A DNA stretch of 64,000 bases. Origin: a virus. Position numbers and translations under genes: made by a program. Where the stretch lies: positions 13,506-77,505 of the IMG/VR virus record IMGVR_UViG_3300045988_116799. The stretch is one strand, 5' to 3'. Of the stretch, positions 51,145 to 59,590 are shown one piece after another; position 1 is the stretch's first letter; each line of letters begins with the position of its first letter. The notes beneath the pieces are model-generated. The model did not search any database and was not told the DNA's origin. It saw only the letters and a list, made by a program, of their open reading frames with translations.

Positions 51145-52332
51145 TTATATTATTCCCAATATTTCGCTCGCACTCATGCCGCTGCCGTAAGCACCAAGTA
51201 CTTTGTCAAGTACAACATAACGGATTCCATCTAATCCATGATTCCACATGTCAATTGGTACATTGCGCCACTTTCCTTCTTTGTCCTGTTGCCAAGTATA
51301 GTTGTTGAACTCCTTGCGAATATTCACAGAACGGCTCGTAACATGTATCCTGAATTGTTGCATCTTCATAATGCCTGCGTTTATTGAGCCTTGAAACTTT
51401 GTAACTGGTTTGATATTCAGACCAGCATTGTATATTTCATCAACAAGACGTGGGTCTGCGCTCTCTGATATTATTTCTAAGTCGCCTTTTATAGCTTTAA
51501 GCTCTCTGATTATATCGTCAGTCATCATTTTCGTTCGATAACAACGTTCATCAACATATAGGTCGTTACCCCAAAGATACACTTCAACAATGGCTGTTGG
51601 GTCGTTGGTGTAACCAAAGTCCATGCCAATCCAATGATGTCTATGTGCTTCAACTGGTATGTAATCATCTACAACCACATTCTCAAATACAAGACCCTCA
51701 ACAATAGCACGCTGTCCGAGTCCGTATATGCGCCACAAACTCGGGTTTTTCCACTTCAAGCTTTCAATTTCATCAATAACCTTTTGCTCAAGGAATGGGT
51801 TGTCTTTATATGTGGATATGAACCAGTAAGTATTTTTCTCCTCGTTTACTTGGTTTATCCAGTGTTCTTCTGAGAATGAAGGGTTATAGTCGAGTATGGA
51901 GAACTCTGTAGTACGCATCTGTAGCTGCTGCCATTCTATGAAAGACAGCTCATTTGCCTCATTTACAAACAATATCTTACGCTTAGAACCACGCACCTTT
52001 TGCTCGTTGTCAGTGGAGAAGAACTCAATCCAAGAACCATTAGGAAATGTGTAGACATATTCTGATTTGTTCATTGACTTGTCATTCCACCAACCTAAAG
52101 AAAGCATTACGTTCTTAAAATCGCGGTATACAGTGCGTTTGATTGAGGGCATACCAGCACGTATTATGGAAACTGTTGTTCCGGCGTTATTAAAGCAATA
52201 GATACAAAGAAACTGCACAACCGACCATGTTTTGGCCGAACGCGAGCTTCCTTGTAATGATACGGTAGTAAATCCCGCTTTCTTGGCGGCATCTACTCTC
52301 ATGTAGTTCTTTGCTAAAAATACGTGTGGCAT
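51145..52332 (-). CDS. Terminase large subunit
   Basis: 395 aa; Walker A-like GSSRSAKT, Walker B-like ILFVNEANE, nuclease-half acidic residues; position after the small subunit. Confidence 0.8.
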   Translation of the reverse strand: MPHVFLAKNYMRVDAAKKAGFTTVSLQGSSRSAKTWSVVQFLCIYCFNNAGTTVSIIRAGMPSIKRTVYRDFKNVMLSLGWWNDKSMNKSEYVYTFPNGSWIEFFSTDNEQKVRGSKRKILFVNEANELSFIEWQQLQMRTTEFSILDYNPSFSEEHWINQVNEEKNTYWFISTYKDNPFLEQKVIDEIESLKWKNPSLWRIYGLGQRAIVEGLVFENVVVDDYIPVEAHRHHWIGMDFGYTNDPTAIVEVYLWGNDLYVDERCYRTKMMTDDIIRELKAIKGDLEIISESADPRLVDEIYNAGLNIKPVTKFQGSINAGIMKMQQFRIHVTSRSVNIRKEFNNYTWQQDKEGKWRNVPIDMWNHGLDGIRYVVLDKVLGAYGSGMSASEILGII

Positions 52333-52340
52333 CTGTTTTT

Positions 52341-52835
52341 TTATTCTTTTTCAGGTTGCGCATCCTTGCGTTCTTTCTCTTTCTGAATCTCCGCAAGAAC
52401 TTTATTGTATTCATCTGTATTTGTAACAACGTGCACTTGCAAAGGTTCTTGTCTAAGCTGTTCTCCTTTGCTCGTAAGGTCGATGTGCTGTATCTTGCCA
52501 TAAGCTCTGTCTACGACACGTTCAAGTATATCCATGCCCTTCTTGTCAAGTATACCCTTGGCAACAATTCGCTGCATCATAGGACGTGTCTTGTCGGCAA
52601 GGACAGCCTTAAGCTCGTCCTCGGGCAATGTCGCTATATAGAGAAAAGACTCGGCTATGGTCTGTGCTGTCGGCACTTCGTAGCCTTTTTCCTTCATCTC
52701 GGCGATAAACGCCGTCATCGTCTTAGGCTTAGGCGGTCGCCCTTTGGAATTGGTGATTTCGCCTTTTTTAAACTTGCCTTTTTCAAGATTGGCGAGTTGT
52801 TTTTGACGTTTACTTTCATTTTTTGATAGTGGCAT
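52341..52835 (-). CDS. Terminase small subunit
   Basis: 164 aa, basic N-terminus (KGRPPKPK), immediately upstream of the large subunit. Confidence 0.6.
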   Translation of the reverse strand: MPLSKNESKRQKQLANLEKGKFKKGEITNSKGRPPKPKTMTAFIAEMKEKGYEVPTAQTIAESFLYIATLPEDELKAVLADKTRPMMQRIVAKGILDKKGMDILERVVDRAYGKIQHIDLTSKGEQLRQEPLQVHVVTNTDEYNKVLAEIQKEKERKDAQPEKE

Positions 52836-52887
52836 ATTTTTCTCCTTATTCCTTATATATTGCTTTCATAGTGCGTTTAAAGGCCTT

Positions 52888-53157
52888 TTAAATAAGTTTA
52901 TCGCTGTTTAAAGCCGATTTACGGCACATTTCAAGAATTTGCATATACTCCATCAGTTCACCACGACGGAGTATATTAGCGCATAGGCTGACAAAAGCGG
53001 TCGCTTTGTCGCTCTCGTTTATGCGCCTTATTTCACTTGCGCTCAACGTTAGCAAACACTCCATCACTGCCACCTTATCCTTTGCAGGCAGCGATGATGA
53101 AATGTTTATGTTGAGCGCACGCTCAATGGTTGTTCTGATGGGTAAAGGTTTACTCAT
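52888..53157 (-). CDS. Hypothetical protein
   Basis: 89-aa ORF. Confidence 0.4.
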   Translation of the reverse strand: MSKPLPIRTTIERALNINISSSLPAKDKVAVMECLLTLSASEIRRINESDKATAFVSLCANILRRGELMEYMQILEMCRKSALNSDKLI

Positions 53158-53310
53158 AATTATTTGTCTTTATTCATGTTTTTTGTTTTGCTGTTTGGTT
53201 TATTATTATTATATTTGCAATGATTTATCTGTTGGGGTAACCTGATATGCGGGAGCTCCATTTCGGCATGACAATGCGGATGAATCCGAGTTAGGGAGGC
53301 ATATCCTCCG

Positions 53311-53895
53311 CTAACCATTTAATCTTGATGCTTTTTCTTTTCTTATATCATGTCTATGTACATGCCCATTTGAACCTACAACTATAATCCAATCAATTTT
53401 CTCTAAGGCATTTTTGGGCGATTTCTGTATAAATCCATTTTCCCCATAGATTTGATTTTTCACATAGTCCTTATCAGCCAAAGGATTGTTCTGATACAAA
53501 ACAACCGCTTTCACATTCTGAGTGCTTGCCTTTTCCAGCTGCCTTTTGATAGTGTATTTGCCTGCTTCGTTGATGGTCTTTATATCCATGGGGATGTTGT
53601 AAATACGTCCATCATTATGGGATTCAAACTCTATTGTAGCACGTTCACTGTCAAGATATACTTTGTAGCCTTTATTGGCGAGATATAATGTGGCTTCATT
53701 TTCTTTGTCTTTATTTGTGTCTTTTACTTTATTGTGTTCATTGTTTGTCGCAACAAATCCACCTGATGGGTCGAAGTAGGAGCGTGAAACGTCATAAAAT
53801 TCAGACTGCATAAGACCATCAAATTCTTTTCTTCTCGTTGATAAGGCTTTGGGATTATTTCTGTAATTTCTCGTACCACCACTATTCTTTGCCAT
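53311..53895 (-). CDS. Hypothetical protein with a possible PD-(D/E)xK nuclease-like core
   Basis: 194 aa; NDGRIYNIPMDIKT fits D-x(n)-D-x-K loosely; the N-terminus MAKNSGGTRNY resembles that of 57591..58094. Confidence 0.35.
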   Translation of the reverse strand: MAKNSGGTRNYRNNPKALSTRRKEFDGLMQSEFYDVSRSYFDPSGGFVATNNEHNKVKDTNKDKENEATLYLANKGYKVYLDSERATIEFESHNDGRIYNIPMDIKTINEAGKYTIKRQLEKASTQNVKAVVLYQNNPLADKDYVKNQIYGENGFIQKSPKNALEKIDWIIVVGSNGHVHRHDIRKEKASRLNG

Positions 53896-53907
53896 TGCTA
53901 ATATTTT

Positions 53908-54696
53908 TTAGAATAGCCCCCACTCGGCAAACTTCTCGAATCCGCCTACCTTGTTGATGTAGTCTTTTGCTATCTTAACAATCTCGGAGTACGGCTTGCC
54001 GTCAACAGTTTCGTCACCGATAGCGCAGAACAGTTCTACAGGCTTATGCTCTTTTTGTGCCTTCAGGAAAGCGTAGATATTAACCGAGACATCGGCTTTA
54101 GAAAGGTCTTTCCCGTGCAGTCCACCGCCTGTCACCGACTGAGCCATATCAGAGCCGAGTTTGCGGTTCGTTGCTCCGCTATCTACATCAGTGCCTCCAG
54201 TCCAGTCGCCCAGTGGGTTGATAGTGGCAGTAGGGTAGAGCTTTTTCAGTCCTGATGTCTTTGCGTTACTCTGACATATAACCAACTTTTCTCCGGCAAG
54301 GATGTATTTACCGTCTGTTGGAAAATTTGCGTATATATCGTGGGCTAACTTAGAAAGAGACTTCTCTTCGACCGAGAGGGGCATACCCTTGAAGATTCCG
54401 TTGTCACCGCAACGGATAAAGCCCTCTTGGTTCTTTGCAAGGTGCGCGTCCTGTGGCTTGACTACAAGGTTCAGTCGCAAATTGTCACAATTGGTGATGC
54501 GCTCCACGATTGTATATACTTCTTCTTTAGAGAAAGCTACGCTACTTTCAATAATAACGTTAGCTACGCCATGTCCGATAAGGACTTCAACGGCTATTTT
54601 CGGACTGTCCTGCTTGGTGTAAGCAAGGTCAACGATAGCACCTGCAATGCGGTCTGCTACCTTGTCGGGGTGTTGTGGGTTTACTTTTTCTATCAT
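53908..54696 (-). CDS. Short S-adenosylmethionine synthetase (MetK)-like protein
   Basis: 262 aa. QHPDKVADRIAGAIVD (cf. GHPDKIADQISDAVLD), CGDNGIFKG (cf. GAGDQGLMFG), NPLGDWTGGTDVDSGATNRKLGSD...GGGLHGKDLSKADVS (cf. NPTGRF..GGP.GD.GLTGRKIIVD..GGGAFSGKDPSKVDRS). Confidence 0.7.
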   Translation of the reverse strand: MIEKVNPQHPDKVADRIAGAIVDLAYTKQDSPKIAVEVLIGHGVANVIIESSVAFSKEEVYTIVERITNCDNLRLNLVVKPQDAHLAKNQEGFIRCGDNGIFKGMPLSVEEKSLSKLAHDIYANFPTDGKYILAGEKLVICQSNAKTSGLKKLYPTATINPLGDWTGGTDVDSGATNRKLGSDMAQSVTGGGLHGKDLSKADVSVNIYAFLKAQKEHKPVELFCAIGDETVDGKPYSEIVKIAKDYINKVGGFEKFAEWGLF

Positions 54697-54716
54697 TTCT
54701 AATTTATTTTATGTAG

Positions 54717-56021
54717 TTAAACTTTGATTTTTTCAGCCTTTTTGCCTGTGTAGGTTTCCCAACGGTTGATTATCACATCACAATAATGAGGGTCAAGCTC
54801 CATTGAAAAACCGTTTCTGTTGAGTTGTTCGCACGCCATTATAGTCGTGCCGCTACCACCGAAGCTGTCGTAGACATTCCAGCCTTCCTGCGATGAGTTT
54901 TGAATAAGATATGCGAAAAGTGGAATAGGCTTCATGGTCGGATGTTCGACACTCTTTGTCGGTCGGTCAAACTCCATAACGGTCGTTTGTTTTCTATCAC
55001 TGAACCAATTATGGCTCGCCCCCTTTTTCCAACCATACAGACAAGGTTCATGTCGCCATTGATAGTCTTGTCTTCCGAGCGTCATGGAGTTCTTTACCCA
55101 TATCAAATTCTCTCGCATCTCCAGGTCTACCGTGTTGATAAGGGCTTTTCTAAACCAATAGGAGTAGCCGTCGCTGTGGAATAGATAGAACGAAGCGCCT
55201 TTCTCCATATTAGCATTGGCAGCGTTGAATGCGTTTGTCAAGAACTCCTCGAATTTATCGTTGTCCATTTTGTCATTTAAGACGACCAGTCCATCCTTGC
55301 GATGTTTTTCTGTTACTGCGCCTTCATAACCGTAAGCCACATTATACGGTGGGTCTGTCAAATAGAGTTGGATGTTTGTTCCCCCGAGTAGTTTAGCAAC
55401 TTGCGATGCGTCAGTAGAGTCACCACACATTAGTCTATGTCTGCCGAGCTGCCAAATATCCCCGAGCTTACATTTCGCTTCAATCTCATGCTCGCCCTCA
55501 TCGTATGCGTCGTCTTCCGTTTCTTTTCGCTCTGGCATTTCTTCGACTGGCTCCGTGTCGGTCAAGAACGAGCAATCGACTCCCCATTCCTGCAAATCCT
55601 CTACTTCCCAATCTCCGTTGGCAAGCTCGTCCCAGTCCCAGTTACCAGCCTGTACGTTGTCCTTGATGGCATACTCTTTTATTTTGGCAATGGGCACGTC
55701 CTTGTTGAGTACGAAACAAGGCAGCGCGTCAAAACTTTTTACGCCTTCGTTGTGCAGTTCCTGACAAATACGCAAGCGCATGTTGCCACAGATAACGACA
55801 AACTTGCCACCCTCGGCAGCGTATACCATAAGCGGCTTGTATTGCAGCAGCTCCGGCGAGTCCTTGAGTGACTTTTTTAGCTTGTCATGTTCCTCTCCTT
55901 TGAGATAACGAGGATTCTTTGGGATGCCCACAATCTGCCCTTCATTAAGCTCCAGACAGCTTAGGCTTATTCGTTCTTTAACGCCCAATTCGCTGAGCGT
56001 GTTATTCTGCTTTTTTGCCAT
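54717..56021 (-). CDS. ParB-like nuclease domain fused to an N6/N4 DNA methyltransferase
   Basis: 434 aa; ParB-N-like KPLMVYAAEGGKFVVICGNMRL, then LTDPPYNV (motif IV) and VYDSFGGSGTT (motif I). Confidence 0.8.
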   Translation of the reverse strand: MAKKQNNTLSELGVKERISLSCLELNEGQIVGIPKNPRYLKGEEHDKLKKSLKDSPELLQYKPLMVYAAEGGKFVVICGNMRLRICQELHNEGVKSFDALPCFVLNKDVPIAKIKEYAIKDNVQAGNWDWDELANGDWEVEDLQEWGVDCSFLTDTEPVEEMPERKETEDDAYDEGEHEIEAKCKLGDIWQLGRHRLMCGDSTDASQVAKLLGGTNIQLYLTDPPYNVAYGYEGAVTEKHRKDGLVVLNDKMDNDKFEEFLTNAFNAANANMEKGASFYLFHSDGYSYWFRKALINTVDLEMRENLIWVKNSMTLGRQDYQWRHEPCLYGWKKGASHNWFSDRKQTTVMEFDRPTKSVEHPTMKPIPLFAYLIQNSSQEGWNVYDSFGGSGTTIMACEQLNRNGFSMELDPHYCDVIINRWETYTGKKAEKIKV

Positions 56022-56049
56022 ATTAAACGTGTTTTATAATGATTTAAAG

Positions 56050-56106
56050 CAAAGTTAAGCTGTTTTATCAAGGTTTATAAGGATTTATCAGTTTCCGTGT
56101 AAACAA
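56050..56106 (-). promoter_or_regulatory. Late promoter: -7 box TAACTTTG plus upstream TTGTTTACACGG motif
   Basis: -7 box is plus 56050-56057; motif is plus 56095-56106, 37 nt upstream. Confidence 0.5.
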
Positions 56107-56139
56107 AAAGGGCACGCTACGTTTTTGCCGTGCGCACCC
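56101..56139 (-). terminator. Rho-independent terminator after antirepressor module 2
   Basis: Minus strand GGGUGCGC/GCGUGCCC stem (two G-U pairs) followed by TTTTTGTTT. Confidence 0.5.
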
Positions 56140-56159
56140 TTTAAAATATGTATGTCAGA

Positions 56160-56402
56160 TTACAACTGTGCCACCTGTGTTTCTGTGAGCGTTTCACAGA
56201 TGTTCGCCGTTATTGCGTCTTGCATAAGGCGGTAGAGTTCGGATGAAGCTTCGATTACGTTCTTGCCGCCAACTTCGCCGTCATAAACGACGATTAATCT
56301 GTTTTGTAGTTGTATGAAATCCCGTAACAGGGCAAGCATGTTGTTGGTTGTGTCACTGATTGATGTATTCTCCTTATTGTTGTTTATAGAGTTCTTTTCC
56401 AT
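56160..56402 (-). CDS. Small conserved protein, paralog of 26872..27117
   Basis: 80 aa; shared LLRDF(I/L)(Q/K)LQ..GG(K/E)NVI(E/D)A core. Confidence 0.55.
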   Translation of the reverse strand: MEKNSINNNKENTSISDTTNNMLALLRDFIQLQNRLIVVYDGEVGGKNVIEASSELYRLMQDAITANICETLTETQVAQL

Positions 56403-56438
56403 TGTTATGTGTTTTTAAAGGGTTGATGTGTGTGGATT

Positions 56439-57304
56439 TTATTTAACGGTTTTACCGTTGATGTTAGAAATAGCGAGCTTTACATTAAAATTGTTTTTGT
56501 AAAGTGCGAGAATAAAACGTCTGCCTCGTTGACTCCAAACCAGATATGGCTTGGCATAAGTTACGTCTTTGTGTCTGTCGTAATAGGTGTAGGTTCGTGT
56601 GCCGTGCAAATTCCATGTGCTGTAAGGCTTGTTCATCAGCCATTGGTTGGATTGACGGAAAATGATTTTGAGTTGCTGCAATTTGTTGTGTAACTCATTA
56701 GGTGTTATGCCAAGCTCGTTTGCGATTTGCCGTGTGGTGAGCATGTTCTCGGCAGCAAGCGTCTGCTCGTAGTATTCTACCTTTGGTGCATCCTTGGCGA
56801 TACGCTCGCTTTGTACTTCGATAACTTGTTTGCTTTGGCTGTTTTCGCATTCAAGTTCTTTGATACGCTGCTCACGTCGTGCGAGTGCTGTCTTGGCTGC
56901 TATCAAGCCACGGGCAATTATGTCTTCCTCGCTGTCTTCTTCTTTAGTCACAACGTATGCGCCTGTTGTGCGAAGCGAGGGCAGAACTTCGTTGAATACC
57001 CAATCTTGAAAAGCAATAGCATTCTTTTTGTTAGAGCGAAAAATACAACGATAGAAGCCAGGTTCTGAAATAAAATACATTTCTTCATCTTTAAAGATGC
57101 CTGTTTTTTGCCGTGTGCAACAACCTCTTTTGAGACCTTAATAATACTTAGGTCTCTAATTAAGCGTTCTTTCGTTATACTTGGGTTGGATAATCCTAAA
57201 GCCTTGCATACATCAGAAAGGCAAAATAAAGGTTCTCCGTTTTTGCTTAACGCTGTACGGAGTTCTCCAAACATTGGAGAATTGAAAATTTTTACATCGT
57301 TCAT
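56439..57304 (-). pseudogene. Bro-N / KilAC antirepressor-like gene split by a frameshift in an A6 run
   Basis: ORFs 56948..57304 (Bro-N N-terminal half) and 56439..57080 (rest of Bro-N plus KilAC) overlap. One extra A in the run at 57104-57109 would fuse them into ...VAHGKKTGIFKDEEMYFISEPGFY... Confidence 0.6.
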
Positions 57305-57516
57305 CTTTGAGCATTTATAAGATGATTATAGGCAAACAAAAAGCGGTCGCCATATACGCTGCTCAAAGATGACAGTCCACCCATAGGGCTTCGTTTTTAT
57401 CTTACGTATAGGCGACCGTGTATAATACGGTCTTGATGGGCATAAAATATGCCCATTCGGACGAATGAGCAATAACCGTTGCCCCTCCGGGATAGACTAC
57501 TATCATCTTTGAGCAC
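57305..57516 (-). ncRNA. Structured 5' leader, copy B
   Basis: The 12-mer CATCTTTGAGCA lies at 57504-57515 and at 57302-57313 (includes the ATG), with its reverse complement at 57360-57371. Central domain and terminator-like block are nearly identical to copy A. The TAATTTTG box lies at 57519-57526. Confidence 0.6.
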
Positions 57517-57590
57517 CACAAAATTATAAAATCTTCTGTGATGCACAAAACATTTCTTGAGATATTTTATCTTTTTAGCATAGTTAAGTT

Positions 57591-58094
57591 TTAAAAGCCT
57601 TTTAATTTCTTTTTTATGTGTGCTTTTGCCGCATTCAGACTGCCCCATTTTGTATCTTTCCAACTGTTGTATGTGGCATTCCATACGTGTGTATTATAGG
57701 TCGTATCTCCAAAAGAATCCGTTTCGGCTTCGATTTGTCCTCCACCGACTTTTGTGTTAATTGTATAAACTCCGCCTCCTTCGTTTGTGAACCTCATTCT
57801 GTCAACCTGTTTTATAAATTGAGAATTCTGGCGCATCAGTCTTGTTTGAATACCATCCATAAAGAGGTCTCTCGGTGTATCTTCTCTCAATCTTTCTGTT
57901 TTGGCGGCACCATACACTACAGTGCCATTAATAACTATATTGTCGTTTATGTTTTTTATTGGGGACTCTCCTTTTATACTTTTTATATTTATGCTGTTCT
58001 TGTTATTCGCAAGAACAACTTTTTCGGTAATTATTCTGCTCGCGCTTGCGTTAGAGCTGTTTACCGTTCTTGTTGAACCTCCACCTTTTGCCAT
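57591..58094 (-). CDS. Hypothetical protein
   Basis: 167 aa; N-terminus MAKGGGSTRTV resembles that of 53311..53895. Confidence 0.4.
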   Translation of the reverse strand: MAKGGGSTRTVNSSNASASRIITEKVVLANNKNSINIKSIKGESPIKNINDNIVINGTVVYGAAKTERLREDTPRDLFMDGIQTRLMRQNSQFIKQVDRMRFTNEGGGVYTINTKVGGGQIEAETDSFGDTTYNTHVWNATYNSWKDTKWGSLNAAKAHIKKKLKGF

Positions 58095-58116
58095 AATATT
58101 TTGTTTTTTTTATTTG

Positions 58117-58175
58117 CAAAGTTAATGATTTATGTAATCGGGGGGGGTAAATATTATCTACCCCCGTATAAACAA
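58117..58175 (-). promoter_or_regulatory. Promoter: -7 box TAACTTTG plus variant upstream motif TTGTTTATACGG
   Basis: -7 box is plus 58117-58124; motif is plus 58164-58175, 39 nt upstream; one mismatch to the late-promoter motif. Confidence 0.4.
58139..58166 (-). terminator. Stem-loop after 58176..58571
   Basis: CGGGGG / CCCCCG stem with an AT-rich loop. Confidence 0.35.
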
Positions 58176-58571
58176 TTAATCCTCCTCGTCGTCGCGTTCA
58201 AGTTCTGCGTCAGGATTTTCGGCTTTAAATATTCTCCAAGCTTTGTTGAGTCTGCGACGCTGATATTTAAGGTCGTCTTCAAGTTCTTCCCAACCTATAA
58301 GGTATATATCACCATCTTCTTCTACGTATTCAACTTTGTAATCTAAATCATCTACTGTAGCTTGAAAACCTATAACGTTACCTTCTTTATCTTTGATGTC
58401 GTTAGCTTCAACCATTCCCATTGCGCTGTAACCTATACAGGTACATTCAATGTCGGGTAATGACATATCGCCTGATGCATCAAAATACTCTCTAAGGTCG
58501 TTTTTAAGCTTTTCAACCTTCGCTTTGCGTGTGTTGAGCTTGTTAAGTTCGCTTTTTGTAAGCTGTATCAT
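58176..58571 (-). CDS. Acidic hypothetical protein
   Basis: 131-aa ORF behind an early cassette; very acidic C-terminus (ERDDEED). Confidence 0.45.
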   Translation of the reverse strand: MIQLTKSELNKLNTRKAKVEKLKNDLREYFDASGDMSLPDIECTCIGYSAMGMVEANDIKDKEGNVIGFQATVDDLDYKVEYVEEDGDIYLIGWEELEDDLKYQRRRLNKAWRIFKAENPDAELERDDEED

Positions 58572-58660
58572 TGTTGTATCTCCTATTAGTCGTTATTAAT
58601 TTTACACCGCAAAGTAAATAACTTATCTTTAAACAGTAAAGAGAAAACTAATAAACAATT
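58569..58660 (-). promoter_or_regulatory. Early promoter/leader cassette (copy 4)
   Basis: Minus strand TTATTAGTTTTC..GTTATTTACTTTGCGGTGTAAAATTAATAACGACTAATAGGAGATACAACAATG. Confidence 0.5.
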
Positions 58661-58707
58661 AGTATTTAATATAAATTAATAGTTTACAGCACATGTACGT
58701 TATATAT

Positions 58708-58738
58708 AAAATAAAAGACCGACCCTCGCGGGCCAGCC
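58708..58738 (-). terminator. Rho-independent terminator
   Basis: Minus strand GGCUGGCCC-GCGA-GGGUCGGUC (GNRA loop) followed by TTTTATTTT. Confidence 0.55.
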
Positions 58739-58804
58739 TTCTACTAAAAACCTTTGCTTATGAACAAGACAAAGGTACTTCATTAATTGATAATAATTTA
58801 AGAA

Positions 58805-59590
58805 TCATTTGTCGTTGAATAAACTATCTTTGTTTTCTATGTTTTGTTTACTGTTTGATGAGAAATCCTCTATCTGATGCGTGAACGGTGTGAGCTTTTC
58901 AAGTTCTTTTTTAACTGAAAATTCTTCATTGAAGAAAGCGACGCCTTCCTGTATTTTTTTTACAGCTTCGATTTTTTTCTTTGTTGTAACGACTGGGTTG
59001 ATGTATATACAACCATTCTCCTGGGCGAACCGCCGACATTCGTTGCCGCCACCATATATTACAAACAGAGGAGTTTTGCCTAATGCCCAGTCTCTGGCGA
59101 TTGACAATTCAAAGGCAAGATTATTCAATCGGTCAGAATAACCTCGTGTTGCGAAAGCACGCCAACCACGAGGAACACCAAGCATGTTCAGCTGATACCA
59201 CTTCTGCGCTACATTAAGGTCTACGAATATGCCAATGCCACGTGTCTGCATAGCACGTGCAATCCATCGTTTTTTGTAGAGGGCTTGCATTCCGAATGAT
59301 ATTGGTGTCTCATTGAACAATGAGAAGTTGGGCTCTACGATATTGGCAGGATGGTGTTGCTTGTATATTTTTTCGGGGTGTTCGTATACTGACGTGAAAC
59401 GGTAGTCGTCGGTGTAGAAATGTAGCGTTCCGGCACCATTCATATTATATATACGCTTCTGTTCGCCAAAGCAAAGAAATGGGATTTGGCAGTTCTCAGC
59501 TTGCATATTAATGTCGAGTGTAGGTATTTCCAGTTCGTTGTCGCTTGGGAACAGCATATCTGGAATTGTAACATCATAGTCTTTTCTCAT
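58805..59590 (-). CDS. DUF4417-like protein
   Basis: 261 aa; GTLHFYTDDYRFTSVYEHPEK pattern recalled for DUF4417. Confidence 0.5.
   Translation of the reverse strand: MRKDYDVTIPDMLFPSDNELEIPTLDINMQAENCQIPFLCFGEQKRIYNMNGAGTLHFYTDDYRFTSVYEHPEKIYKQHHPANIVEPNFSLFNETPISFGMQALYKKRWIARAMQTRGIGIFVDLNVAQKWYQLNMLGVPRGWRAFATRGYSDRLNNLAFELSIARDWALGKTPLFVIYGGGNECRRFAQENGCIYINPVVTTKKKIEAVKKIQEGVAFFNEEFSVKKELEKLTPFTHQIEDFSSNSKQNIENKDSLFNDK

Noticed and set aside
53225-53312. Possible tRNA in the GC-rich spacer (ends ...gctaacca)
   Set aside because: I could not form a 7-bp acceptor stem or a T-arm with a 7-nt loop on either strand. tRNAscan-SE would settle it.
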